Source of the DNA: Verrucomicrobiota bacterium
Lineage (GTDB): Bacteria; Verrucomicrobiota; Verrucomicrobiia; Limisphaerales; Palsa-1400
DNA length: 64,000 bases
NCBI GenBank assembly: GCA_049510745.1
Contig: JBEKYR010000005.1
Location: 64,001 to 128,000 of the forward strand
Reading direction: 5' to 3'
This document shows positions 1 through 10,246 of the stretch, piece by piece (within the stretch, counting starts at the first letter, position 1; every line of letters begins with the position of its first letter). The position numbers were made by a program, and so were the translations under genes. The notes beneath the pieces were generated by a model. The model was not told where the DNA came from. It saw nothing but the letters and a program-made list of their open reading frames with translations, and searched no databases.

Positions 1-62
1 ATTTGTCGCCCATCAGGCTTTTCTTTGAGAGCGGGGAGATGAGCAACAATTTCTTCATGGCA

Positions 63-1472
63 TTACTTTCCATTTCCGTTCACGCCCCGCGGCCAGAGGC
101 GTTGAAGGGTTGAAAAATAGCTCCATAACGGGCCGACGGCGCCCTTTTTGCGCAACCGCTCGATCAGGCTTGTGTAGGCAGGCGCCGGGTCGCCCACAAT
201 CCAGTTGGGTGCCAGCCGGGCAAATTCCGTGAGCCGGGCAAAGACCCCGTCAACCGAAAGACCGGGCGCGAGATAATACGTGGGGCGGAGCAAATCGCTG
301 TCCCGGCCGATGCAGCCTTCGGCCAAAGCCTGCTGACTCAGGGGCGTGCCCGGATATATCCGCATCCCCACCACCGCCATTATCACCGCGTTCTTGATCC
401 GCAAGGACGCTTCGAACCCAAGCCGCAGGGTTTCCATGGTTTCGCCGGGGCCGCCGCTGATGAGGAAATGGCAGAAATCAATGTTTTCCCGGTTGGCCAG
501 CTCGCTGGAATGCAGGATGTCGTCGAAGATGAACCCCTTTTGATAAGCCGCCAGAACCTCATTGCAGAAACTGTCCGAACCAAACTCAATGTGCGCCAGC
601 CCGGCCCGCTTCATCAGCTTCATCAACTCCGGCGTCAGTCCTTGCGGGCGCAGAAAACAGCCCCAGGCCAGCTTCGCGTTGCGGCGCAGAACGGCCTCGC
701 AGATTTCCGTGACGTGCTGTTTGGAAGAGTTGAAGACAGAATCCACAATGAAAGCATAGCGGGCGCCCAGCCTCTGCAGTTGCTCGAACTCGCCGGCCAC
801 GGCTTCAGCGCAGTGATGGCGGTGATGTTTGCCTTCAATGACCGGATAGGTGCAATAACAACAGTGGCAGGCGCATCCGCGCTGCGTCTGAAGGTTGAGC
901 ATTCCGCTCGCGCGCAGGTAGTATTCCGCGATGGAGGCCGGGCGGTCGGCTTCTTCCAACGTTGGCCCGCCCGGGCTGCCGGCCCGCGGGTTGAGGACAA
1001 CATTCCCGTTTTCACGGTAAACCAGGCCGGGGACGCCGGAAAAGCTGTGTCCGTTGTTCAGGGCGGCGAGCAGGGAAACAAAACCCGCCTCGCCTTCGCC
1101 ATAGATGCCATAATCCGCTCCGGACATTTCCAGCAACTGTCGGGGAAAAATGCTGAACCCGCTGCCGCCCACCACCACCGGGCACTTGATTTTCCGCCGC
1201 AGGGTTTGACCCAGCCAGGAGAGGTTGTCAAAAAAGGTTTCCCGTTTGCGGATGATGACATCGTCAATGTTGCGGACGGAAATGCCGACGACATCGGGTT
1301 GGTAACGGGCTAAAACAGCCTCGAGGCTTTCCCCGCCGGCCAGACTGTCGGCCCAGAGGGTGCGGTGGCCGGCCCGGCGCAGGGCGGAGTTCAAATAGGC
1401 CAGCCCCAGCGGAAACACCGGGTCGGGCGTGGTGCAGCGATTGTTGCTGATCAGGAGAACATTGCCGCCCAT
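63..1472 (-). CDS. B12-binding domain / radical SAM protein (lipid-biosynthesis associated type)
   Basis: N-terminal FPLGLAYL...GISVRNID cobalamin-binding-type domain; RGCACHCCYCTYP = CxxxCxxC radical SAM motif. Confidence 0.9.
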   Translation of the reverse strand: MGGNVLLISNNRCTTPDPVFPLGLAYLNSALRRAGHRTLWADSLAGGESLEAVLARYQPDVVGISVRNIDDVIIRKRETFFDNLSWLGQTLRRKIKCPVVVGGSGFSIFPRQLLEMSGADYGIYGEGEAGFVSLLAALNNGHSFSGVPGLVYRENGNVVLNPRAGSPGGPTLEEADRPASIAEYYLRASGMLNLQTQRGCACHCCYCTYPVIEGKHHRHHCAEAVAGEFEQLQRLGARYAFIVDSVFNSSKQHVTEICEAVLRRNAKLAWGCFLRPQGLTPELMKLMKRAGLAHIEFGSDSFCNEVLAAYQKGFIFDDILHSSELANRENIDFCHFLISGGPGETMETLRLGFEASLRIKNAVIMAVVGMRIYPGTPLSQQALAEGCIGRDSDLLRPTYYLAPGLSVDGVFARLTEFARLAPNWIVGDPAPAYTSLIERLRKKGAVGPLWSYFSTLQRLWPRGVNGNGK

Positions 1473-1703
1473 GAGAATCCTGCCTCCACCATCGCGCGGA
1501 CAAACACTCGCCGGCCGAAAAGTTCTCTGGCGCCACAGGCCGCCTGTTCATGAAAGGCGGTTTGGTCTGCCCCGGAGGCGGTCAAATCCATCGCTGTTGG
1601 GAAATAACCCATGCGCGCCAATGGTAGCCAGCGAAGCGTCCGCGTTGCAAGCGCAACGGGCATTTCTCTTGGGTTTTCCCCGGTCGTCCGTTAGGCTGAT
1701 GTT

Positions 1704-2474
1704 GTGGATCGGCTTGAAAATCACGTCGCCGTTATTCCTTGTTTGAACGAGGCGCAAACCATCGCTTTATTGGTTCACTCGGTTCGCCGCCACATCCCCA
1801 ACGTGGTGGTCGTGGACGACGGTTCAAGAGACAACACCGCCAAACTGGCGACCGAGGCCGGCGCCTGGGTTGTTTCCCATCCCCAAAATTTGGGGAAGGG
1901 CGCGGCCGTGACAACGGGTTTGACCACGGCGATGCGGACAGGATTCGACCGGGCCTTGCTCATGGACGGCGACGGACAGCACCAACCTGGCGACATTCCC
2001 GCGTTTGTCCAGAAGGCGGAAGCGACCCAGGCTGCCTTGGTGATCGGCAACCGCATGCATGAGGCCCTGTCCATTCCCTGGTTGCGCCGGCGGGTCAACC
2101 GTTGGATGAGCCGGCAAATTTCGCGCCGGGCCGGAAAATATTTGCCCGACACCCAGTGCGGCTTCCGTCTTGTGGATTTGAGAATCTGGGCGGCGTTGCC
2201 CTGCCACGCCCGTCGTTTCGAAATTGAATCGGAGATGCTGATCACCTTTCTTGACGCCGGTTGCCGTGTTGAGTTTGTTCCGATCCAGGTCATTGGCCGG
2301 GCCGCGCACAGTCACATAAATCCGTTGACCGATACGTGGCGATGGTGCAAGTGGTGGCGCAGTCTGCCCGCCGGCAGAAGGATTTTGGATTCATTTTCTT
2401 CTCGCCGCGGCCTGGAGAGCAACAGTTTCAAATTGCATGAACCCCATCCCCGGCAGATCCAATCCAGCGAGTAG
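1704..2474 (+). CDS. Glycosyltransferase family 2 (DPM1-like)
   Basis: VIPCLNE, VVDDGS, NLGKG, MDGDGQH, DTQCGFR motifs. Confidence 0.9.
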   Translation: MDRLENHVAVIPCLNEAQTIALLVHSVRRHIPNVVVVDDGSRDNTAKLATEAGAWVVSHPQNLGKGAAVTTGLTTAMRTGFDRALLMDGDGQHQPGDIPAFVQKAEATQAALVIGNRMHEALSIPWLRRRVNRWMSRQISRRAGKYLPDTQCGFRLVDLRIWAALPCHARRFEIESEMLITFLDAGCRVEFVPIQVIGRAAHSHINPLTDTWRWCKWWRSLPAGRRILDSFSSRRGLESNSFKLHEPHPRQIQSSE

Positions 2475-2487
2475 TTGCTCCCGTCGT

Positions 2488-2868
2488 ATGCGGACCTGGG
2501 GCATCAAGCTGATCTGGCTGGTGCTGGCCGGCATTTTGCTTGGTTGTTGTTACAAGGAGGCTGTCCCCAGACTTTATCGCCCCGAAACCAAAGCCGGATT
2601 CTGGCTGGGCACCGTTCATGGCTTTTTGATGCCCGTGGCGCTGCCCAATCTGCTGGCGGGAGAGGACGTGCCGATCTTTGCCGCCAATAACACGGGCCGC
2701 AATTACAAGCTCGGTTATATCGCGGGCATCAATCTTTGCGGCTTGATTTTCTTTGGCATGGCCTTCCGTCCCAAAAAGGAGGAGAATCCCGCGCCGAATG
2801 GATCATCACCTCAATATATCCAGCCTCGGAAAACTTCGATCACGTCCACCCGGCCGCCCGCCCAGTAA
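2488..2868 (+). CDS. Small membrane/lipoprotein, hypothetical
   Basis: ATG 2488; hydrophobic N-terminus with LLGC; GFWLGTVHG and YKLGY segments; 3' end overlaps the convergent ORF. Confidence 0.6.
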   Translation: MRTWGIKLIWLVLAGILLGCCYKEAVPRLYRPETKAGFWLGTVHGFLMPVALPNLLAGEDVPIFAANNTGRNYKLGYIAGINLCGLIFFGMAFRPKKEENPAPNGSSPQYIQPRKTSITSTRPPAQ

Positions 2869-3545
2869 TGATTGCGCGGAAATTGAAAAGTCTGTTCCGC
2901 GCGGCGATAAATCAACTGTGTTGGCTGGCCAGGCTGATTGGGATCATAAGCGGCAAAGAGGATCTCCGTTTCAGTTTCCTGATGGCCAAACAACACGACC
3001 CCATGATTGATCGTCAACCGGGGAAAGCGCACCAGGTGGACAATGGGAATGGCTCTCCGGCCAAAAGATTCGAGCAACTGCCCCGAGACGTTTTTTTGAT
3101 TCCGCCGCGAAATCGGAAAGACCATCCGCCAATGGCTGCGCAATGCGTAGGACTGCCACGCCCCCCCGCACTCCGCTTTGACCAGCGTTTCCTCAGCCCG
3201 GCTGAAGGCGCGCAAGCCATCGTAGCCCGGGAAGACGATCTTGTCTGGTTCCCTGCTGGGTTGCCGGGGGCTGCGGCTAACCACTTGCCGGATGAGCCGG
3301 CGATACGAATCCGCCGCGACCGGAGGTTGATGGCCCTCAAACCGGGCGTGGTAAAAGAACTGGCGCGCGCTTCGAACCATGACGAAACAACGATGGGCGA
3401 ATTGCGGCGGGGGATTATTCTTCAGCGTCGTCATGGAACCGGTGGCCGAATCGAGCCGGTATTCCCAGACCAGTTCGTTGGCGAACGAAAAAGTGTCCCG
3501 TTCAAAATCAAACTGTCGCGCTGGCTCGGCGGGCGGTAAAAACAT
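2811..3545 (-). CDS. Hypothetical protein, possible papain-like Cys/His/Asp enzyme
   Basis: Only the 3' part of the 597-aa ORF (from MFLPPAEP, ATG 3545) is free of overlap with the AMP-ligase; motifs HRCF, NHGVVLF, AYDPN. Confidence 0.6.
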   Translation of the reverse strand: MFLPPAEPARQFDFERDTFSFANELVWEYRLDSATGSMTTLKNNPPPQFAHRCFVMVRSARQFFYHARFEGHQPPVAADSYRRLIRQVVSRSPRQPSREPDKIVFPGYDGLRAFSRAEETLVKAECGGAWQSYALRSHWRMVFPISRRNQKNVSGQLLESFGRRAIPIVHLVRFPRLTINHGVVLFGHQETETEILFAAYDPNQPGQPTQLIYRRAEQTFQFPRNHYWAGGRVDVIEVFRGWIY

Positions 3546-3584
3546 GCTTGCGCCGCAAGGTAGCCTTGCGATACGAAACTGTAA

Positions 3585-4892
3585 ATGCTTTACGAGCGCT
3601 GGCGGCAGATCGTCCGGGAACGAAGCGGGCAATGCGCCTTGCGTGACCTTTCTTCGGACCGTCAGTGGACTTTTGCCGAAATAGCGCGGCTTGTGGAAGG
3701 CACGCCCGCAGCCTCCCGGAAGGTAATTTTTCCCCGCGGCCACGACGCCGGGTTCGTATTTGCCGTCTTGCAGGCGTGGCGTTCCAATTCCGTCGTCTGT
3801 CCCATGGAGGCCGACCAAACAACCGCGCAAGTGATGGGCCTGCCACCGGCACACTGCCTCCATCTCAAAACCACCTCCGCCACGACGGGCGCTCCCCGCT
3901 TCGTCGCCTTTACGCCGGAACAACTGGCGGCGGACGCGGAAAATATCGTGTCCACAATGGGATTGCGTCCGGATTGGCCCAACGTGGCTGCCATCTCCCT
4001 GGCGCATTCTTACGGCTTCTCCAATCTGGTTTTGCCGCTCCTGTTGCATGGCATTCCACTGTTTATCGCGCCATCGCCTTTGCCGGAAATCTTTCGCCAA
4101 GCGATAAAACGCGCGATAGTTTCGGATCTGACCCTGCCAGCCGTGCCGGCCTTGTGGCGGGCCTGGCATGCCGCCGGGGTCATCCCGGCCCAGGTTCGCC
4201 TGGCCATATCTGCGGGAGCTCCCTTGCCGCTGGCGTTGGAAACGCATGTTTTTTCCGCCACTGGAATCAAGATCCATAATTTTTACGGCTCTTCCGAATG
4301 CGGCGGCATCGCCTATGATGCAACTCCGGTTCCCCGCACGGAGGAAAGCTGCACCGGGAAGCCGATGCGAAATGTTGATTTGCAGATTGGAGACGCCGGC
4401 TGCCTTGAAGTGCGCGGCAAGGCGGTTGGAGAAACTTACTGGCCAACGCCGTCCAGTGTTTTGAAGGCGGGCTGTTTTCAGACAAGTGACCTGGCCGAGA
4501 TCATCAACGGCGAGGTTTATCTTCGTGGCCGGCTCGCCGACCAGATCAATGTGGCTGGCCGGAAGGTATCCCCTGCCGCCATCGAACGAGCGTTGCTGGA
4601 GCACGACCAGGTTGCCGACTGCCTGGCCTTCGGCGTGCCCAGTGCCGATGCGGACCGCGCTGAAGTAATCGTGGCCTGCATCGTGGCAAAGTCACCTCTC
4701 ACAGGAGAAGAGTTGAAGCAATTTTTGTTGAGAAAAATTCCGGCCTGGCAAATTCCGCGCGAATGGTGGTTTGTGGATTCGCTGGACTGCAACCACCTCG
4801 GCAAAATTTCCCGCGCGCAATGGCGGCAGGATTTTCTCAAACGGAAGGAATCGGTCAGTTCCCATTCTGATCAGAAAGGCATTCTGCCGTGA
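3585..4892 (+). CDS. Class I adenylate-forming enzyme (acyl-CoA/acyl-ACP ligase family)
   Basis: TTSATTGAPR P-loop, HSYG, FYGSSECGG, FQTSDL, GRxxDQINVAGRKV, C-terminal GKI. Confidence 0.9.
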   Translation: MLYERWRQIVRERSGQCALRDLSSDRQWTFAEIARLVEGTPAASRKVIFPRGHDAGFVFAVLQAWRSNSVVCPMEADQTTAQVMGLPPAHCLHLKTTSATTGAPRFVAFTPEQLAADAENIVSTMGLRPDWPNVAAISLAHSYGFSNLVLPLLLHGIPLFIAPSPLPEIFRQAIKRAIVSDLTLPAVPALWRAWHAAGVIPAQVRLAISAGAPLPLALETHVFSATGIKIHNFYGSSECGGIAYDATPVPRTEESCTGKPMRNVDLQIGDAGCLEVRGKAVGETYWPTPSSVLKAGCFQTSDLAEIINGEVYLRGRLADQINVAGRKVSPAAIERALLEHDQVADCLAFGVPSADADRAEVIVACIVAKSPLTGEELKQFLLRKIPAWQIPREWWFVDSLDCNHLGKISRAQWRQDFLKRKESVSSHSDQKGILP

Positions 4893-4897
4893 ATTGT

Positions 4898-5344
4898 TTA
4901 TTTAGGCTCGGAACCGCCCAAGGTCAGCCCGGCGGTCAATACTAAACGGTCCCGGACGTGGATTTGCGCCCGGGCCTGAACCAAGCCGGCCAGCCGGCCA
5001 ACGATAAGGGCTTGGACCCTCATCGTTTCGCCCGGACACAATGTCCCAAGGATTTTCACCGCGCTCAAGGCAGCCAGTTTCAATTTTCCCAAGGGGGGGA
5101 TGGACGGATCGCTCTGGGCGACGATTCCCGCGAGTTGTGCCGCGGCTTCAACAAGGAGAACACCAGGGAAAATCGGATCGCCGGGAAAGTGCCCTCGAAG
5201 AAACGGTTCGTCGCCGCGCACCCGGTATTCGCCAACGCCTTCCTTGCCGGGCGTCAGGCTGATCAGCCGGTCAATAAAACGGAACTCCGGGCCGTGAGGC
5301 AACGTCTGCAACGCGGTTTCGAGCATGTCGGCAGGAGGGTTCAT
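4898..5344 (-). CDS. FabA/FabZ-like 3-hydroxyacyl-ACP dehydratase
   Basis: LPHxxxFRFID and GHFPGDPIFPGVLLVEAAAQ hotdog-fold motifs. Confidence 0.9.
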   Translation of the reverse strand: MNPPADMLETALQTLPHGPEFRFIDRLISLTPGKEGVGEYRVRGDEPFLRGHFPGDPIFPGVLLVEAAAQLAGIVAQSDPSIPPLGKLKLAALSAVKILGTLCPGETMRVQALIVGRLAGLVQARAQIHVRDRLVLTAGLTLGGSEPK

Positions 5345-6024
5345 TGCCGGAGCGGTTCTACGACGGTGAAATTCGTATCGAACTTGGATTCAAACAGGCT
5401 CGCCTTGAGAGGCGGGTTAATGATCCCGTTGGTAAACTCGTTGCGCATGATTGAGCCATCACTGAATCTTAATTCGGTCGAAGCGGGCGAAAAATCGTTG
5501 GTGTGAACCGTGACTGAGATTTCACTCATGAACTTGCGGGCGGCCTGGCTCCTGGGCTGCAGGTTCACCTGAACAATGGCGTTGGTCTGGATGACCGACA
5601 GCAACCGGAAGTGTGAATCCAACTCCGCCCGGTTGCGCGGGAAACTGGCGTCCAACAAGGCCAGCGCATCGCGCCAGGGGCCGGATTGATTGCCGTTGAG
5701 CGGATATTTTTCCACCCGCTTGAGCCTCGGATAAATGATGAATAATTGGTCCGGCTGCCGCAGCGCAATGGTCTGCGCCGGTTGTCCCAATTCCCAACGG
5801 AACCGGTTCGGCATGGCCACCCAGACTTTGCCGGTGGAAACCAGCGGTTGCGAAAGTGTTTTCAGAGCGCGGGTCTCGACAACATCCGCCGACCAGGTGA
5901 GGAGGTTCGTCTGGGCGGCAATCCACTGGTCTAAAAGCTTGTCGGATTGGGCTCCTGCGGTCATGGCAACCAAGCTGAACGCGAGGCAAAACCAGGCAAC
6001 TGGGAAACTGGGTTGAGGTTTCAT
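5341..6024 (-). CDS. LolA-like outer-membrane lipoprotein/lipid carrier protein
   Basis: Signal peptide; LSQPLVSTGKVW..PNRFRWE motif; ATGA overlaps with neighbours on both sides. Confidence 0.8.
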   Translation of the reverse strand: MKPQPSFPVAWFCLAFSLVAMTAGAQSDKLLDQWIAAQTNLLTWSADVVETRALKTLSQPLVSTGKVWVAMPNRFRWELGQPAQTIALRQPDQLFIIYPRLKRVEKYPLNGNQSGPWRDALALLDASFPRNRAELDSHFRLLSVIQTNAIVQVNLQPRSQAARKFMSEISVTVHTNDFSPASTELRFSDGSIMRNEFTNGIINPPLKASLFESKFDTNFTVVEPLRQ

Positions 6025-9000
6025 GGGGTCGGTCGAACACCGGAAGAATTCCCTGCGGACGGCTCCGGCCAGATGGGAACAAAATGAAACCATTGGTCGG
6101 CATGTTGTTGAATTCCCGGTTCAAATGCACGCATGATTTCCTGCGTGAGCTTGCCGCGCCCCTCTCGATTGCCCAACGACTGGCGGTCGTATTCAAATTC
6201 GGCCAGCAGACGGGCTTCATATCCCTGGTTGGTCCGCACGATGGTCACGCCCACGAGGGCGCAACCGGTTGCCCGGGCGACTTCCGATACCGCCAACGAG
6301 GCTTGAAAGGGCCGCCCAAACAGCGTGACCGTTACCGACTTAACGCTCGGCGGCCGGTCAATCAACAGCGCGACGGTGGCGCCGTCCTGCAATCGCTTGA
6401 GTATCTCCACAAAGGCAAACGGTTCGTCGCCCACCACAATGGTCTCGATTCCCCAGCGCGCTCGCGACTGGCGGCGCATTTCAGTGAATCCTTGGCCGGG
6501 TTCGGCTTGCGTGACGGTGATGAGCTTGACTCCGCGTTGCACCAGCAGCGGTCCCCCAATTTCCCAGTTGCCCAAATGCGGAGTAATCAGCAGCACGCCG
6601 CGCCCGCGCTGCCGGGCCTTTTCATAGATGGCCCAGTCGGAATCTTTTGTGAGCCATGTGTTCACTCCGATGCCGCCTTCATAACGCCACAGGTCCTTCA
6701 TCTTGATGGCGAACTGACGGAAAAGCTGGTGAGCCGCCTTTTCCGCCGCCCTCTGATTGTAATTCAACACGGGGAGCAGATTGTGAATCACGACCTCCCT
6801 CCTTCGGGTGTGAAGGCGGTAATAAATCTCCGCCACCCACAAGCAAGTTTGCTCCAGCGCTGCGCCGGGCAAAATCCTCACGACCCTCAAACCCAACCGC
6901 CACACTGCGGCCGAATAAAATCTTGAGGGAGCAGCCGGATGGCTCGTGGAGTCTGGTTGCTTTTTCCTTTGCAGACAACTCCACCATGCCGGAAGCAGAC
7001 CGACGGCAATCAACATATTGGCGGCGATACCGGCCGCACAGACCTTGCCCAAGCTGGCCATGCCCGCGTTGCCTGACCACGCCAAAGACCCAAACCCGGC
7101 AATCGCCGTTCCGCCGCACAGCAGCAGGGCGCGTCCAATGGAACGACGAACCGCTCCGAGGTCGCCGCCGTGCCGCCGCAAAGCCAGTTGCATGAAAATG
7201 CTGTAGTCCACACCCGTGCCCAATACCAGGGGCACAGCCATCAGGTTGAGCAGATTCCACGACCAGCCTGCCAAAGACATCGTGACCAGCAGGCAAAGAC
7301 TGCTCAACAGCAAGACCCCCAGCCCCAGCAGCACTTCCGCCAGCCGGCGAAAAGTCAGCCACAACGAACCCAGGACCAGCGCAATCATCGGTGTCACCAC
7401 CAGCCACAAACGGCTCTGCACACGCTCAAGTGTGACGCCTCCCAGCAATCCCCAACTGGACAGCAAAACATTTTTCTCCTCCAACTGCCTGGAAAGTTCA
7501 GCCAGCGCGCCCGCGGAGGCTCCATGGCTTGCCGGATAGACCAAACCCATGACAAACCACTCATTGCCGGAACGGGCGACAAATCTTTTTAACAACCACC
7601 GGCTCATGTCGTTTGTCGGCCAAAACACCTCCCGGCAACCGCCCGCCCGCGTCCATGTTTGCAGCAACTCATCGGTTAGGAACAGCGCGTTGGTTTCGAA
7701 GCCTTCCCGCACGGCGGCGGCGCGCAACGCCGGACCTTGGACTCCGAGAGCGGCGGCGGCGGCACGGTTGGCCTGCTGATATTCCACCCGCGGCCACATC
7801 ACTGTCGGCAGCAAATACCCGCTGATGGTCCGGTTTGAAACCGCCCGCTGCAAAAGGCCCTCGGTCCGCGAAAGGATTTCAAACACTTCCCGCTCCTGAT
7901 GGCCGGAAATGATCACCCAAAGCGGATCCTGGGGAATGCCGATGGCCGCCGTCATTTCCTCCAATGCGGCTTCGGCTTCGCTGTGCTGCGGCTTAAGCGC
8001 GTTGGCCGATCTGTCCAGCGGAGGAAGATGAAACGATAAAGCCAGGCTGGCACAAGCCGCCAGAACGAGGGTGACGATCACCGCCCGGCGGCTGTAGGAA
8101 TGATCGGCATGGCTGCCTGCCACAAGGGTGTTTTCACGGGGCGGCATCAGATAAGACCACCAGGGCTGACGAGGCTGATTTGCGCCGGACTTCCAGCGCG
8201 CCGGAAAAAGCGGCGGCAGATAAACCAGCACCATGACCAAAGCGGCCAGCGCAACGCCGATGGCCACCAGCGTGCCCAGTTGGGCCAGTCCCGGCAGCCC
8301 GCCTAAATTCAGAACCAGAAAGGCGCTGATGGTGGTGATGGCAGCCCAAAGAATGCTGGGGGAGATGGCGCGCCGGATCTCCGAAATGCTCAGTTGCGGG
8401 TGGGACAACGCTTCCTGATAATGGACCACGGCATAGTCCACCGCCAACCCCAGCAGCACGGCGGCAAACCCCAGGCTGATGACGCTGATCGTTCCCAAAA
8501 TGAGGCTTCCCACCGCCACGGTCGCAATCAGAATCACAGCCAGCAACGCCAACAGCCACAGCATGGGCAGCCAGCGCCGATGCATGAGCCAGAACAGCGC
8601 CGCAATGATCAGCGCCGTGCCAGTGACGGAACCGCTTAAATCGCGCCGCATGCTTCCGGATATTTCCGTCACAAATGCCGGCCGCCCTGTATAACGCACG
8701 GCCACACCCGCCCAATCGGTCTGATTTGACCTGACATCCGCGACCGTTTTCCGGAGCGCTTGCAGCCAGGCCGAGTTGGCGGTGTAAGTGGTCAGGTCAG
8801 GCCGCGCCGCCACATACAAAACGCGAAGTGTGCCATCCGCCGAGGCAAACATTCTTTGTCCTTGTTCAGCCGAAGCTCCGCTGAAATTTGTCAGCACGGG
8901 CACACTCATCAAATTGTAGGGATCAAATGACCGCACGGCGATGTCCATCGGAGAGAGCGATGTGGCGAGGACTTCCCGGGTTTCGGCCAGCACGGAGTGA

Positions 9001-9392
9001 AGGCGGCCGGCGGACAACCGATTGGTCAGCTCGCCAAAAATCAAGGGAGGCTGGTTGAACCACAGATAGCCCACAATTTCCGCCGCCTGCGACGCATTTT
9101 CCATCCACGGCGGCTGCCAGGAGACGGCGGCGACCAGATTGGATTCCCCGCGCAGACGGGTTGCCAGAACTTCAGCCAGACGTTCAGCCCTGTCGGCATC
9201 CGCGGCCCGCAGCGTGATGATCAGTTCGCGCGCGTTGGCGAAGTGCTGTTGATAAATTTTCAAACCCCGCACCGCCGCCTCATCCGGCGGCAACAAGTCA
9301 AGGACCTCCGTGTCAATTCGAAGCCGGCTCAAACCGAATGCCAATGGCACGAACAACAACAGCCACCCCAAGCGGTTCCACCGGCCTTTCAT
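6021..9392 (-). CDS. MMPL/RND-type lipid exporter fused to a C-terminal lysophospholipid (HtrB/LpxL-like) acyltransferase
   Basis: Two TM blocks with GLAVDY and GTGVDY motifs; C-terminal TPHLGNWE, LLIDR and QWFHF acyltransferase motifs. Confidence 0.85.
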   Translation of the reverse strand: MKGRWNRLGWLLLFVPLAFGLSRLRIDTEVLDLLPPDEAAVRGLKIYQQHFANARELIITLRAADADRAERLAEVLATRLRGESNLVAAVSWQPPWMENASQAAEIVGYLWFNQPPLIFGELTNRLSAGRLHSVLAETREVLATSLSPMDIAVRSFDPYNLMSVPVLTNFSGASAEQGQRMFASADGTLRVLYVAARPDLTTYTANSAWLQALRKTVADVRSNQTDWAGVAVRYTGRPAFVTEISGSMRRDLSGSVTGTALIIAALFWLMHRRWLPMLWLLALLAVILIATVAVGSLILGTISVISLGFAAVLLGLAVDYAVVHYQEALSHPQLSISEIRRAISPSILWAAITTISAFLVLNLGGLPGLAQLGTLVAIGVALAALVMVLVYLPPLFPARWKSGANQPRQPWWSYLMPPRENTLVAGSHADHSYSRRAVIVTLVLAACASLALSFHLPPLDRSANALKPQHSEAEAALEEMTAAIGIPQDPLWVIISGHQEREVFEILSRTEGLLQRAVSNRTISGYLLPTVMWPRVEYQQANRAAAAALGVQGPALRAAAVREGFETNALFLTDELLQTWTRAGGCREVFWPTNDMSRWLLKRFVARSGNEWFVMGLVYPASHGASAGALAELSRQLEEKNVLLSSWGLLGGVTLERVQSRLWLVVTPMIALVLGSLWLTFRRLAEVLLGLGVLLLSSLCLLVTMSLAGWSWNLLNLMAVPLVLGTGVDYSIFMQLALRRHGGDLGAVRRSIGRALLLCGGTAIAGFGSLAWSGNAGMASLGKVCAAGIAANMLIAVGLLPAWWSCLQRKKQPDSTSHPAAPSRFYSAAVWRLGLRVVRILPGAALEQTCLWVAEIYYRLHTRRREVVIHNLLPVLNYNQRAAEKAAHQLFRQFAIKMKDLWRYEGGIGVNTWLTKDSDWAIYEKARQRGRGVLLITPHLGNWEIGGPLLVQRGVKLITVTQAEPGQGFTEMRRQSRARWGIETIVVGDEPFAFVEILKRLQDGATVALLIDRPPSVKSVTVTLFGRPFQASLAVSEVARATGCALVGVTIVRTNQGYEARLLAEFEYDRQSLGNREGRGKLTQEIMRAFEPGIQQHADQWFHFVPIWPEPSAGNSSGVRPTP

Positions 9393-9877
9393 GGCTCGAG
9401 GTACCCTTCCAGGGTTTCGCCTGATTTGGTGTTTTCCAACTTCCAGCCGCCGTCCGGCTTCCGGGAAAAATGCAAATCGTCCGGCAGGGATTCGCCAGCC
9501 AAAGCCGCGCGCAGGCAGAGCCAGAGAAAGCGGGGCGGAGGATTGCCTTTTCCGGCAAAACTCATTTGCCTGGGTGGAAACTCAACGAGCCAATGGGTTG
9601 AGCTGGTTTGCGCCAGCACGAGCGGAATCGGCGTTTTGACAAACTCAACCGAGCATCGCCCGTCCGGATGACTGGCCACAACCACTTCGCCGCCAAGTTC
9701 CGGATAATTGCGGCCCGGACGCCAAAGGGCCTGTCCTTGCTGCACGTGCCAACCCGGACCGGAAGCGGTGAACAACGAATCGTTTGCCGCCGTCCGACAA
9801 CCGGTCGAAAGAGAACTGCCTGCCAGCAGCGACAGCCCAACCCCAAAGCACAACCATCGGTGTTCGCATGAACCCAT
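9389..9877 (-). CDS. Hypothetical lipoprotein
   Basis: Lipobox-like STGC; stop overlaps the MMPL start codon. Confidence 0.65.
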   Translation of the reverse strand: MGSCEHRWLCFGVGLSLLAGSSLSTGCRTAANDSLFTASGPGWHVQQGQALWRPGRNYPELGGEVVVASHPDGRCSVEFVKTPIPLVLAQTSSTHWLVEFPPRQMSFAGKGNPPPRFLWLCLRAALAGESLPDDLHFSRKPDGGWKLENTKSGETLEGYLEP

Positions 9878-10246
9878 AAACTGCGCTCATTGTTGGGGCG
9901 GCATCCCGATTGTCAAAACTTTCATTTTGCCCTTGTTGAACGCGCATCGGGGTCATGAGCGTAACGGTGGGGGTTGGACATTGGCTGTCCCAGTCCAAAA
10001 GAACTGGGAGGATTCGGGAGATCGCCGGGATCCTTGGGTTCACATCAGCCCCGCCAAAAAAACACCCCGCCGTAATGCCGTGTATCAACAGTTCCGTTGA
10101 ACAAACTTAGGACAGGGAGAGCCGAATCGATCGCTTTCGACTTCCAATCAAGGTTTGTCGGCCACAACCGACGTTAAGGCTCTTTATGGACTAATTTCCG
10201 GTTCAAGGATCAGGTTGATAATCACGAACATGGCAGGGTAAAGGCT

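Noticed and set aside
3546..4604. N-terminal 353 codons of the 597-aa minus ORF
   Set aside because: Almost entirely antisense to the AMP-ligase; only the part from ATG 3545 is credible
9880..10245. Riboswitch or 51-aa ORF (ATG 9956) upstream of the lipid export operon
   Set aside because: Small hairpins only; no recognisable aptamer consensus and no supporting feature for the ORF
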